Positions 18,788 to 29,309 of a stretch of 64,000 nt of DNA are shown here, piece by piece. Every line of letters begins with the position of its first letter. Position 1 is the stretch's first letter. The stretch covers positions 2,784,001 to 2,848,000 of the forward strand of contig CAXXJJ010000004.1 of the NCBI GenBank assembly GCA_963667015.2, read 5' to 3'. The position numbers and the translations under genes are program-made. The notes beneath the pieces were generated by a model. It worked only from the letters and a program-made list of their open reading frames with translations. It was not told the origin of the DNA and searched no databases. Source of the DNA: Desulfatiglandales bacterium. GTDB taxonomy: Bacteria > Desulfobacterota > DSM-4660 > Desulfatiglandales > HGW-15.

Positions 18788-19764
18788 TAGAGAGCCGGGT
18801 ATTAACGGATCCCTATTCATGTGAGAGGCTCTGGAAAACCTTTATTCCCGTCAGGTCCATTTCCGACCTGTGGGAATTCCGCATGTGTTTCCAGCGTTAT
18901 TTTAAAAACAGATTCTGTTTCCATGTTATGGAGGAAGGAGGTAATATCTATGGCGTGCTGCCTTTATCGCACATCGACAGCCTGGATATAATGACCTTTT
19001 TCCCAGGAGAAACATGGAAGAACAAAACCTGGCTTGAGAGAACACCCATATATGCAATAAACCAGGATATTCTTTACCGGCTGCTGTCAGACTGTACTGA
19101 ACGGACATATCTGAGATATATTGAATGCGATCCCGGATACCTTTCCGAATATATGACAGCAGATGAAACAGGGTACGTTGTTTACCCGGGCCTGCTCAAC
19201 TATGACAGGGAAAACTATCGAACCCGTTTTTCAAATAAAAAGTTTAAAGGCATTATGAGGGATGTAAACAATATCCGTGATATGGGTGCTACCTTTCATA
19301 TTAACCGGATTGAAGACTTTGAGCTGCTTGTTGAAATGAGCATTGAGCGCTATGGATCCGACTCCTATCTTGAGGATTCCCGTTTCAGAAACAGTTTCAG
19401 GGATATAATCAGATTTCTAAGTCAAAAGGGATACCTTAAAATGGTCAGCCTGGAGCTGGAAGGAAAAACCATGGCGGTTGATGTGGGAGCAATATACAAT
19501 GGTGTATATACAATCTTTCTTGGAGGTATTTTTTCCAGTGTGCCAGGCCTTCCCAAGGCAATGAACATGTATCATATCGATTACGCATTAAAAAACAGGA
19601 TCAACAAAGTAGATTTCCTGTGCGGGGATTTTAACTGGAAAAAACTGTGGCACCTTGATGAGGAACCGTTGTTCAAGCTTGTCTCTCCGGACCTGGAGGA
19701 AATTACTCCAATGTATGATATCAGTATTCCTGACCATATTGCAGAGGGAATGGAAATTCATTAA
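18784..19764 (+). CDS. GNAT-fold (CelD/BcsL/FemAB-like) protein
   Basis: C-terminal VDFLCGDFNWKKLW typical of this group; ATGA overlap with upstream gene. Confidence 0.7.
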   Translation: MIESRVLTDPYSCERLWKTFIPVRSISDLWEFRMCFQRYFKNRFCFHVMEEGGNIYGVLPLSHIDSLDIMTFFPGETWKNKTWLERTPIYAINQDILYRLLSDCTERTYLRYIECDPGYLSEYMTADETGYVVYPGLLNYDRENYRTRFSNKKFKGIMRDVNNIRDMGATFHINRIEDFELLVEMSIERYGSDSYLEDSRFRNSFRDIIRFLSQKGYLKMVSLELEGKTMAVDVGAIYNGVYTIFLGGIFSSVPGLPKAMNMYHIDYALKNRINKVDFLCGDFNWKKLWHLDEEPLFKLVSPDLEEITPMYDISIPDHIAEGMEIH

Positions 19765-19766
19765 AA

Positions 19767-21065
19767 ATGGAACCACGCCTTATCATTGTTGTTGGCACAA
19801 CCCTTGACTATGTAACAAGGATTCAGAAGGAGGAAAAGACAAAAAATCTTCTTTTCCTCCTTGACTCAAGGTTTAAAAACTCCGGGGAACTTGCTGTTAC
19901 AGAAAATTCCCATTTCATTTTTGCAGATCTTGAAAACCATAATGAAACACTTAGACTGCTTGAAAATTATGTATCAGGAAAGGATTACAAATTCTACTTT
20001 GCATGTTTTGACTGTGAAACCCTTTACCTGGCAAGCAGGCTTGCCGAATATTTCAACTGTCCCTTCCCGTCTCCGGATGCAGTCTTAAAATCGAGAAACA
20101 AATTCGTATCAAGCAGATCATGGATGAAGGAAGGGGTAGCAACCCCTGAATGCGCGCTTGCATCAGACCTTGAGGAATCACTATGGTTCTTCGGCAGGTA
20201 TAATGAGAACGTGGTATTGAAACCGTTAACCGGAAGCGGCAGCGAACTGGTTTTTCACTGCACTGACAGTCAGGATATTATCAATGCTGTTGAAATATTA
20301 AAAACGCAGCTTGAAAGGCGTAGGGGCAATCCGCTTTTTGCACGGACAATGGACCAGTTAACCGGAGAAATGATCGACCCATGCAGACTATGGATAATTG
20401 AAGAATTTATAGACGGCCCTGAATACAGCTGTGACTTTTTCATGGATAACGACAGCGTTCATATCATTAGAGAAACAGGAAAAATCAAGGACAGTATTTA
20501 CCCCTTTGGTACCGTATCAGGCTATACAATACCCCCTTACTATCCTGATATTAAAGTAAAGGAAGATATTAAATCATCCATGAAAAATGCTGCTGCGGCA
20601 CTTGGCTTTACATGGGGTTATTTTATGGCTGATTTTATAGTCTCTGATAACCGGATCAACATTATAGAGCTGACTCCGAGACCCGGAGGAGATTCCCTTC
20701 CTGAACTTATCAGGGAGTCTACCGGCGCCGATATAATAAAAACCTATCTGGATATAATGTCGGGCGATACAGATATCCTGGGAAATTTCCCTGAACCCTC
20801 AGGTAATTATGCCAGTGTCCATATCTTCTCTGACAGGGAAGGAATAATAGCGGATATTAATACTGAAGACATTACAAATGACCCGCGAACAAGGCTTCTC
20901 CTGCTTAAGAAAAACAGGGGAGATCGGGTATCCCTGCCTCCCGATGACTATGACAACAGATTAATCGGTTATTGTGTAATATCAAAAAATGCTGATGACT
21001 CTTCATTGATGATGTGTCAGGACATACAAAACAGGATAAAGATAAAGTACGCTACCCCGGATTAA
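19767..21065 (+). CDS. ATP-grasp domain ligase
   Basis: SRNK, VLKPLTGSGS, IIEEFIDGPEYS, IIELTPRPGG. Confidence 0.88.
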   Translation: MEPRLIIVVGTTLDYVTRIQKEEKTKNLLFLLDSRFKNSGELAVTENSHFIFADLENHNETLRLLENYVSGKDYKFYFACFDCETLYLASRLAEYFNCPFPSPDAVLKSRNKFVSSRSWMKEGVATPECALASDLEESLWFFGRYNENVVLKPLTGSGSELVFHCTDSQDIINAVEILKTQLERRRGNPLFARTMDQLTGEMIDPCRLWIIEEFIDGPEYSCDFFMDNDSVHIIRETGKIKDSIYPFGTVSGYTIPPYYPDIKVKEDIKSSMKNAAAALGFTWGYFMADFIVSDNRINIIELTPRPGGDSLPELIRESTGADIIKTYLDIMSGDTDILGNFPEPSGNYASVHIFSDREGIIADINTEDITNDPRTRLLLLKKNRGDRVSLPPDDYDNRLIGYCVISKNADDSSLMMCQDIQNRIKIKYATPD

Positions 21066-21066
21066 A

Positions 21067-22434
21067 ATGGAACTCAATTTTTTAGATAAAACTGCTTCTA
21101 CCGCGGTCAGGGTCTTTTCATACACGGCAAGGCCTCTGACTGCTGCAGATATCCAGAGTTATGTAAGTGACATCCTCGCCAGAAAGGCCATCTATCTTGA
21201 GAGCGCCTTAACCCACGGCACGCCTCAGTACTTTTATGATGAAACTGCTGTTGAAGATGCGATTACCAAATTTAACAACGCCTTTAAAAAACATATTGGC
21301 AGGTTTCAGATGTTCTATGCAATGAAGAGCAATCATCTGCCCGAAATCAGTCAAAAGGCTGTAAAACAGGGTTCCGGACTGGATGTATCAAGCGGTATGG
21401 AACTTTCGAGTGCCCTTTCCATCGGTTGTGAAAAAATTATATTCAGCGGCCCCGGCAAGAGAGATGAAGAACTGGAACTTGCGGTTAAAAACAGCAACAG
21501 AATTACAATCATGCTTGACAGTCCTGGTGAATACAGAAGGCTTTCAGGTGCAGTCAAAAGATTAAAGGCACAGGACAGGATATCAGCAGGGATAAGGATA
21601 CGTAATCCCTTCCAGGGTAACTGGAATAAATTCGGCACACCACTTAATGAGCTTGGACATTTTCTTAAGATTATAATTGAAGATGAAGTGATCGAGGCCG
21701 CAGGGCTCCAGTTTCATACCAGCTGGAACCTGGGGCCGGAGGCGCAGGTAAAACTTATAGATGATATAGGTAATTATCTGAGATATAATATTCCCCGGAA
21801 TTATCTAAAGAATTTCAGATTTCTTGATATCGGGGGCGGATACTGGCCGGATTCGGGTGAATGGCTGAACCCTGAAAATACGGTATCTGGAAAACTGATC
21901 AGGACAATTTTCCCGGGTGTGAAGTTCGATAACCGCAGATATTATATGAGATCAAAGGGCATTGCTGCCTTTTCAAGAGAAATTTCCGGGGCAATAGATC
22001 GTCATGGAGACATCCTCGGGAAGCTGGAGATATGGGCGGAACCCGGAAGATGGATCTCAACCGGGAGCATGCATATACTGCTGAAGGTTATTGATCTGAA
22101 AAAATCAGATACTGCGATAACCGACGGAGGCATTAATATCCTGGGATGGGAGAGACCGCTCACCGAATATATACCTGTAATAAACCTTACACGGCCGTCC
22201 GTGACGGAAAAAAATATTACGGTATTTGGCTCTCTCTGCACACCCGATGATATATGGGGTCGCACCCTTTTCGGGAGTGATATAAAAAAAGATGATATTA
22301 TTATCATACCTGATCAGGGGGCCTACACATATTCTCTACGCCAGGCATTTATAAAACCGGTGCCTCGTATAGTCAGGTTTGATGGGAATAATTTAAAAAT
22401 AATTAAAGGAGATAAAGATTTTCTGTCTTTCTGA
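21067..22434 (+). CDS. PLP-dependent decarboxylase, LysA/ODC (alanine racemase fold)
   Basis: FYAMKSN, SGPGK, KFG, LDIGGG, EPGR, GSLC..D, GAY. Confidence 0.9.
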   Translation: MELNFLDKTASTAVRVFSYTARPLTAADIQSYVSDILARKAIYLESALTHGTPQYFYDETAVEDAITKFNNAFKKHIGRFQMFYAMKSNHLPEISQKAVKQGSGLDVSSGMELSSALSIGCEKIIFSGPGKRDEELELAVKNSNRITIMLDSPGEYRRLSGAVKRLKAQDRISAGIRIRNPFQGNWNKFGTPLNELGHFLKIIIEDEVIEAAGLQFHTSWNLGPEAQVKLIDDIGNYLRYNIPRNYLKNFRFLDIGGGYWPDSGEWLNPENTVSGKLIRTIFPGVKFDNRRYYMRSKGIAAFSREISGAIDRHGDILGKLEIWAEPGRWISTGSMHILLKVIDLKKSDTAITDGGINILGWERPLTEYIPVINLTRPSVTEKNITVFGSLCTPDDIWGRTLFGSDIKKDDIIIIPDQGAYTYSLRQAFIKPVPRIVRFDGNNLKIIKGDKDFLSF

Positions 22435-22469
22435 AGAGAAGGGCAGGCAGTTATTTTAAGGAGAAGATT

Positions 22470-22682
22470 ATGAAAGACCAGGTTAGAAGATGCATTCAAT
22501 GTGACAGCGAATTTGTCGTTACCGCCTCTGAGCAGGAAAGATTACAGTCAAAAGGATTTGATATCCCCAAGAGATGCCATGTCTGCAGAAAAAACAAAAT
22601 GAAATCACCAAAAGAGAGTGACAATCGTGGTCAGAGGGAAAAAAGAAAACACGATAAATCACAGGATGATTATTGGAATTAG
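22470..22682 (+). CDS. Small zinc-ribbon protein
   Basis: CIQC...EQ...KGF..PKRCHVCR. Confidence 0.8.
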   Translation: MKDQVRRCIQCDSEFVVTASEQERLQSKGFDIPKRCHVCRKNKMKSPKESDNRGQREKRKHDKSQDDYWN

Positions 22683-22690
22683 GTTCTTAT

Positions 22691-24082
22691 TTAAGCAGGA
22701 AGAACAAAATAAAAATCATTGCCATTGGGCAATGCCTCATACCCGACTACGCCGTTATGAAGCTCCACTACCTCCTTGATGAACTGGAGGCCGTGCCCTG
22801 TGCCATATTCGCCTTCCGTATTTGTCCCCCTGTAACCTTCCTGAAACAGTCCTTCGGCATCTTCCTTTGAGATTGGAGCGCCAGTACTGAACATATTAAG
22901 TTTTACGCCAGGCATCCCTTCTCCAAAAAAATCATTAATGGTCTGCATTTTAAAGGAAATATATTTTTCAGGGGTTCCATCCTCATCATTTACCTCTCTC
23001 GTGTATTTTACCGCGTTTGAAAAAAGATTAGCATATGCCTGAGAAATAAGTCCCACATCCGCTGAAATCATTATCTCTTTATCAGGGTTGACGGCTACCT
23101 GGTTGTCAATGCTGATACCCCTTTCCTGCAGGCGGGGCAGATAACGGCTCAGCTGGGGCTTTATAATTTTTTCATTGATATTAATTAATCGAGGCTCGAG
23201 CACATAACGCCCCTGCTCAAAATGGGAGCGCCTTAGAAGTGTTTCCAGAAAAAGGCTTGTCTGTTCATAATGGGACAGTATCTGCTGAAACTGCTCATCC
23301 ATGGAATTATTTATATAGTCCAGTTCTTCGGTAAGGCTCTTCATCTGAATGGTCAAGAGGTCATCACGCTCCTCGCAGCAGTTACCTGATTTATCCTTTA
23401 ATTCCCTGCCGATCTCCCCGGCCCTGTCGATCTTTCCCTGAAGCCGTTTGAAAAACAGCTTGAAAAACATGTTGGGAACAATAATATTATGGCCGATATC
23501 ATTTACCAGGCTTCGGATAAATGCGAGATGTTCTTTGTTTTTCTCATTGATCATCCGGTTATGGAGATGGAATCCTATCCTGTTAACATACTTTTCAAAA
23601 AAGAATTTCATGTTATCGGACAGATCACTTCCTCCGCATATCTCGAAAACTCCGAATATTCCGTTCTTCAGGTTGCCCGGCAGTTCAGTCGACTGGGCGA
23701 TATTGCCCTTTACAGGGACAAAAAAGGAGTCGCCTGAAATAACAGGTTTCTCATAAAGTTCAGGAGTCTTGATCTTTTTTACAGGCGAGGTATTCAGGAT
23801 ATCTTCCGAATAGCATGCTGCTTTCAGTTCTCCTGACGGGTCAACCAGATAAAGCACGCATTCATATTTAAAGAAAACCTTGGGGATCAGAACGCATATG
23901 CAGTAGATATCATACTTGTTCTTGAATTCCTGGGAAAGATCAAAAAAGGTTTTTAAGGAACAGTCCTGAACGCTGTTGAAGGAATAGTTATCATAATCCT
24001 TGATTTTATCAAAGATTCTTCTTTCAATTATTTTTACGCTTTCCTTACGTGAGTCTCTTTCAATATCTTTTCGTGTATCCAT
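22691..24082 (-). CDS. Sensor histidine kinase (soluble)
   Basis: DIGHN H-box, NLFSNAVKY, GTGHGL. Confidence 0.85.
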   Translation of the reverse strand: MDTRKDIERDSRKESVKIIERRIFDKIKDYDNYSFNSVQDCSLKTFFDLSQEFKNKYDIYCICVLIPKVFFKYECVLYLVDPSGELKAACYSEDILNTSPVKKIKTPELYEKPVISGDSFFVPVKGNIAQSTELPGNLKNGIFGVFEICGGSDLSDNMKFFFEKYVNRIGFHLHNRMINEKNKEHLAFIRSLVNDIGHNIIVPNMFFKLFFKRLQGKIDRAGEIGRELKDKSGNCCEERDDLLTIQMKSLTEELDYINNSMDEQFQQILSHYEQTSLFLETLLRRSHFEQGRYVLEPRLININEKIIKPQLSRYLPRLQERGISIDNQVAVNPDKEIMISADVGLISQAYANLFSNAVKYTREVNDEDGTPEKYISFKMQTINDFFGEGMPGVKLNMFSTGAPISKEDAEGLFQEGYRGTNTEGEYGTGHGLQFIKEVVELHNGVVGYEALPNGNDFYFVLPA

Positions 24083-24469
24083 ATTCTAACCCGGGAAATT
24101 AGTTATTAACTGTTAAGAGTAGATTATCAAGTCATCAGCTTTTTGTTTGGAAAAATGATTCAGAGAATACTTCTTAGCGGAAAAATAATCAAGCCGGCTT
24201 AGTAAAACATGCCATATATCTATGACAAAAGATGAAACAGACAAAATTCCAGATAAATCCTGATCTTTTACATTGGCTCGGCACAAACTCGATATCATTT
24301 TTGATAATTGCATCGGGTTCATATGGTTTAGCCTGGTCCGACTCCGATTCAAGCGGAATTTTAATTGTTGCTATTTACGTTACTTTCGTTATTCAGTAAT
24401 TCAAGGTCATACCCTGTCATAAAACAGGCGGAAGCTGGTTGCTTCCGTGTGGAAACCCTGCCACCGCCC

Positions 24470-24500
24470 GTCATTCTCCGACTCCGACCGGGGAATCCAG
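24470..24500 (+). repeat. GTCATT...GAATCCAG REP-like palindrome
   Basis: GTCATTCTCCGACTCCGACCGGGGAATCCAG. Confidence 0.5.
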
Positions 24501-24638
24501 GTTTTCATCTGTTTATAACTTATTTTATTATCTTTTTACCTGCATCCGGGATATCCCGCTTTTTACTCAATGGTATTTGGGGAATATATAATTTCAGTAA
24601 ACCCCTTAATATTACAGAACAATATCAATTTTATTTTT

Positions 24639-24773
24639 CTATTTGGGGATTTTGCCAGCATTGGCAAAATCCCCAAATGGCATTAATTCATCCCGGATTT
24701 TTTCAGATCCATCATCAGGTTTAATGAAACCAAATCCTTTATCGTCCTTCCATTGTTCAATAATCCCTCTCAT
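24639..24773 (-). pseudogene. Truncated cold-shock-domain gene
   Basis: MRGIIEQWKDDKGFGFIKPDDGSEK then loses similarity and runs into a 17-bp palindrome; AAGGAG RBS. Confidence 0.7.
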
Positions 24774-24925
24774 AAACTCCTTCCATCGTTTGAGTGTTTT
24801 TTAATAACTCTTAGATTAGCGCAAGAACAGAAACTCCGATCATTAAAACCATCCGAATTTTTGAGTAGATCTGCGATTTAGTTAATAATGAAGGTCTGCC
24901 CCTTTGGTTTTCACGTGATTTTCTC

Positions 24926-25371
24926 TTATAGGTTTCCACACTGCTTTAATGCAAAATCAATATCAATAACTGTCATCTCTCCATCTCCATCAAGATCATC
25001 AGAATGAAGAAGCTCAGTACACCGTGACAGGCACTGATAAACAGTCTTTAAATATTTCTTTTCAACAAGCGCGGGAATCCGGGCAAAGAATTTATTTTCT
25101 TCGGGAAGACGCCTTTTATAAAAGGAGTAAAGTCCGTCCTTTCCCTTTTGAGATTTGCAGGACCTGCAGACCCACACCTTGTTGTGAATAGACTGATTGT
25201 TGCCACATGAAACTTAAGAGAGACTGAAGGTGCATAGGCTGAAGACTATTTTTGAGAATTTTCCTCAACGTCCCCACCGCCATTTGCGCACTTAAAAGCA
25301 CTACATGTAATGATCTTGGCATACTGAAAATTCATAACATCATAGATTGCATGGACATCACGATCCGGCAT
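24926..25371 (-). pseudogene. Disrupted gene with HNH-like CRSC motif
   Basis: MPDRDV...QYAKII start with GAGGAG RBS, early stop, later frame VWVCRSCKSQKG. Confidence 0.45.
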
Positions 25372-25568
25372 TATCTTTAACTCCTCACCTTAACCCTGGA
25401 TAGTTATTTTACGAATTTCAACGGCAGGCCCTGTTGTTTAATGTTTCAAAAAAGCTTTAAAACTTAACAGCGTTACCCTTTATATTTTTGTTTATTCTCA
25501 GTCAATATTCCTCTCAGGGAGAATAGCATCAGAAACCTTACCCGCAAGTCTTAACATTGGACATTTTT

Positions 25569-26198
25569 TTAATTGCCCAGATTAATACATTTAAATATTA
25601 CATCAAGCTGATGCGCTCCATCAGGAGTCAAAAACAACGCCAGAATACCGCAGTTTATAATAACAGTGAGCCAAAACACTGATCTGAATTTTACTTTCTT
25701 TGACTTGTGCCTCAGGAAACTCTGGGCAATCGCTGCTCCTGGCCATCCGCCGATAAGGGAAAAAATATGCAGTGTTCTTTCACGGGTTCTCCACTCCCCT
25801 GCCCTTGCTGCTGATTTGTCTGTTGCATAAATAATAAAGGTTACTGCACTTACTGCCAGGTAGTAAATCATAAGGAAGGATGGCAGCTTGTTATAAATGA
25901 TCAGGACTATGAGTGCACACATGAAAAGAATGCCCAATATAAGTGCTATAATCATCTGGCTGTCTGCCCTTGAAAATTCATTCTCAACGACCTGCGGGAA
26001 TACCTTTGATGCACAGACGCGGCCTTTTTTATCCTTTGAAAGGCTGTATATTACAGAGAGGCCCTGTCTGGGCCGCTGGTGCTTTTTGCTGAAGTCTTTG
26101 ATGTGCAGGAATACTGATCTGCCGCCTGCTTTTGGGGTTATAAAACCGAATCCCTTTTCATCATCCCATTTTGTGATTGTGCCTGGTTTTGAAGACAT
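25569..26198 (-). CDS. Cold-shock domain + DUF1294 membrane protein
   Basis: WDDEKGFGFI..VFLHI; YATDKSAA...WRTRERTLH...GGWPGA...RHK. Confidence 0.9.
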   Translation of the reverse strand: MSSKPGTITKWDDEKGFGFITPKAGGRSVFLHIKDFSKKHQRPRQGLSVIYSLSKDKKGRVCASKVFPQVVENEFSRADSQMIIALILGILFMCALIVLIIYNKLPSFLMIYYLAVSAVTFIIYATDKSAARAGEWRTRERTLHIFSLIGGWPGAAIAQSFLRHKSKKVKFRSVFWLTVIINCGILALFLTPDGAHQLDVIFKCINLGN

Positions 26199-26571
26199 AT
26201 AATTGATTCAATATTCAAGCCTGGTGAAATCCGCTTTGCTGTCATAATTATGAATTTCACTGGCTAAAGATTCAAGATTTACCCACTTAAATGCTGCTTC
26301 GCAGTCCGCTGTGAGGATTTAACAGGGTTCCCGATGGGAAATTTAACAGGGTAAAGAATGACGACTTAAATACTCTTTATAAATTTGTATGACAATGCAC
26401 CTGGGCGTTTTAAGACGATATATCGTTAAGACTGAAGTGATACAATAGGATAGGTTTAAGCCTAATGGATTGAAAAAGCAAGGGAAAAGATAGAGGTCAG
26501 ATATCGGAAGTCAGATGTTTTTCACTCCCAAAGGTGAATATTTTTTGTCTATTAAAAGAGTAATCTTCATA

Positions 26572-26661
26572 TTAATAATTTTGTAACGCTATTTTGCGAT
26601 CTTTATCTATCCACCAGGCAAGGTCTTCGAATGCGGCAGAATCAAACTCCAAGCTTCTCAC
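26572..26661 (-). pseudogene. Truncated Txe/YoeB toxin
   Basis: GTG-start MRSLEFDSAAFEDLAWWIDKDRKIAL then stop; overlaps antitoxin end. Confidence 0.7.
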
Positions 26662-26845
26662 AGGCTTCATCAAAGGGGATACCCTCCTTACGATTTTTTG
26701 CTTCCATCAAACGCTTTTTCATAGACTCGCTTTTAAGCAGATATGCTGTTTCTTTTTCAGATTCGATCTCTTTCCAAAGATCAATGGGTACGATAACTCC
26801 AGTGATATTGTTTTGATCATCTGAAATATATTGTATTTGGCTCAT
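26642..26845 (-). CDS. Antitoxin (YefM/Phd-like C-terminus)
   Basis: ETAYLLKSESMKKRLMEA; upstream of YoeB fragment. Confidence 0.75.
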   Translation of the reverse strand: MSQIQYISDDQNNITGVIVPIDLWKEIESEKETAYLLKSESMKKRLMEAKNRKEGIPFDEACEKLGV

Positions 26846-27539
26846 GTTTATCTTACCTCATTAAGTGCTTAAAGATTATGCAATACACCTATACCTAGAT
26901 TTGTTATTTTAATGAAAATATTAACAGTTATCAACCCGAATTATTTTAGAGTAAGTGAGAGAGGAGAAGTTGCTTTTTACGAAAAGGGGGCATCCTGGTA
27001 AATTCATCTCAACAAACCTGCGGGAAGACCTTTGATGTGCAGAGGCGGCTATCATGGTTGTCCCGGTTCAGCAAAAAGGATCTACAACAATATCATTTTA
27101 AAATGAAAACATTCTCACAAGACGCGAGGCAAGCTCCAGGGGAAATGGGGCCGGATGATTTCGGGTTGAGGCGCCGGCAATATTCCATATCTGCTGGAAC
27201 CATAAATGAAATATCTCTTGCATCCCCATTTATAAGTCTATGCCGTGTATTCTGAATACCTGATTTCATATAAAGGCCCCGACATGAGCAGCAAATGACC
27301 TTGCAAACTTATTAAAAGAGAGATCTTCCGCCGGTTCACTATTTATGCTTCCTCTATTTCTATTATCTCAACACGATCTACCGGTTCAGGAGAGACATAA
27401 TTTTAATGATTAAAATTGATGGCCTTTAAAAGCAAGAGGAAAAACAGGCACATTCTATTAAGCAAAGTATTTTGATAAAATGCAGTTCTATATACAGGTA
27501 AATTGAAATGAATTATTTCGGAATACGGAACTAAATCTC

Positions 27540-27568
27540 TTGACAATAACCGGTGTCTCTTACATAAT
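27540..27568 (+). promoter_or_regulatory. Sigma70 promoter for the oxidoreductase operon
   Basis: TTGACA-17 nt-CATAAT. Confidence 0.6.
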
Positions 27569-27803
27569 TGCCCCTCGCGAATACGTCCAATCTTACTTCA
27601 ACTATCATGCCCTTGCTGCTTTTGGGCAAAGTAACGGAGAACAAAGTTGTTCAAAGATACTTTTTTCAATTTTTGCAGTTTTATTATATTCCGTAAGAGT
27701 TCTTTACGATCATCTGATCGACTATTTGATATCATTTGGTATCAATAATACAGGTATTTCTATTATAGCAGAAGCACTTTGATAAGAATGAAAGGGGGTA
27801 GGA

Positions 27804-29267
27804 ATGATTGAAAAACAAAAACTGGTAAAAATAGTAGGCACCGGTAATGTCCTGAACAGTGAAGACGTCCTGGAAGACTATTCCAGTGACATAAGCTTCG
27901 TAAATCGGGTCAGACCGGCTTATGTGGTAACACCCGGTAACGCTGGCGAGGTTAAAAAATTAATAGACCTTGCAAACAAGACCAAAACACCGCTTGTACC
28001 TGTCAGCTCAGGGGCACCTCATTTTAAAGGTGATACGGTTCCGAGTAATGGCGGCAGTATCATAGTGGATCTCAGTAAGATGAAAAAGGTCGAATTCGTG
28101 GACCGTCCCCGCAGGGTGGCGATGGTAGAGCCCGGAGTAACATTTGCAGAGCTCATACCGCTCTGTACTGAGGCGGGTCTGAGGCTTAACATACCTCTCC
28201 TTCCGAGGCAGTCCAAGTCTGTAATAGGCAGTATTCTTGAAAGAGAACCGGTTGTAATGCCGGGATATCAGTGGGATATGTCAGATCCCCTTGCCTGCGC
28301 AGGACTTTATTTCGGTAATGGAGAGGAATTCAGGACAGGCCAGGCAGCTGGCCCGGGCACACTGAAACAGCAGTGGAAAACAGGTGCAGTTCAGAAGGCC
28401 CCCTATGGGCCGGGTACAGCTTCTTTACACAGACTCATACAGGGAGCCCAGGGAACCATGGGTATTGTCACCTGGATGTCCTTAAGGTGCGAGATTCTAC
28501 CGACCATGCAGGAACCATTCTTTTGCGGTTCATACGATCTTGAAAAGCTCCTCGATCTCATGTCATGGCTCATAAGACTCAGGATGGTAACAGAATGCTT
28601 TATCCTTAATAATACAAATCTTGCGGCGATCTTTTCGACAGATTATGAAGAATATCAGAGAATCAAGGATACTCTTCCTCCCTATATTCTTTTCTATACA
28701 ATTGCCGGATATGATTATTTTCCGGAAGAAAGAATTGCAGCCTATACCAAAGATATTGCAGGTATGAATCAGCGTATAGGCCTGGATACTGATAAGGCTG
28801 TGGGCGTTATATCAGCCGAGGCAATGTTGAAAAAAATACAGCAACCCTGTGAAGAACCTTACTGGAAACTTCGTTTAAAGGGATCAAACCAGGATGTATT
28901 TTTCCTCTCCATTTATGATCAGCTCGATGGACAGATTGATGCCATGAAAGATATGGCCTCTGAATCCGGGTATCCCTCAACAGAACTTGGAATCTATATC
29001 CAGCCTATTGTACAGGGCACAGGATATCATTGTGAATTTAATATGTTTTATGATCCCTGCAGCTTTGCCGAGACCGACAGGGTAAAGGATCTTGCCTCAC
29101 AAGCAACCAGAACCCTGATGAACATGGGTGCGTTTTTCTCGAGACCATATGGTGATGAGGCAAACTGGATCTATAACAGGGATGCAGCTACCACCGATGC
29201 ATTACGAAGGGTCAAAAAGATATTTGACCCGAACTATGTAATGAATCCCGGTAAGGTATGTTTCTAG
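27804..29267 (+). CDS. FAD-binding oxidoreductase (VAO/PCMH/GlcD superfamily)
   Basis: VDLSKM...VEPGVTF, GAQGTMGIVT, FDPN..MNPGK. Confidence 0.85.
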   Translation: MIEKQKLVKIVGTGNVLNSEDVLEDYSSDISFVNRVRPAYVVTPGNAGEVKKLIDLANKTKTPLVPVSSGAPHFKGDTVPSNGGSIIVDLSKMKKVEFVDRPRRVAMVEPGVTFAELIPLCTEAGLRLNIPLLPRQSKSVIGSILEREPVVMPGYQWDMSDPLACAGLYFGNGEEFRTGQAAGPGTLKQQWKTGAVQKAPYGPGTASLHRLIQGAQGTMGIVTWMSLRCEILPTMQEPFFCGSYDLEKLLDLMSWLIRLRMVTECFILNNTNLAAIFSTDYEEYQRIKDTLPPYILFYTIAGYDYFPEERIAAYTKDIAGMNQRIGLDTDKAVGVISAEAMLKKIQQPCEEPYWKLRLKGSNQDVFFLSIYDQLDGQIDAMKDMASESGYPSTELGIYIQPIVQGTGYHCEFNMFYDPCSFAETDRVKDLASQATRTLMNMGAFFSRPYGDEANWIYNRDAATTDALRRVKKIFDPNYVMNPGKVCF

Positions 29268-29309
29268 AACAATTATTAAATCACTGAACGAATACAGGAG
29301 GTAGCAAAG

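Noticed and set aside
27570..27800. Riboswitch (c-di-GMP-like GGGCAAA) in the oxidoreductase leader
   Set aside because: The remaining conserved aptamer elements are not evident.
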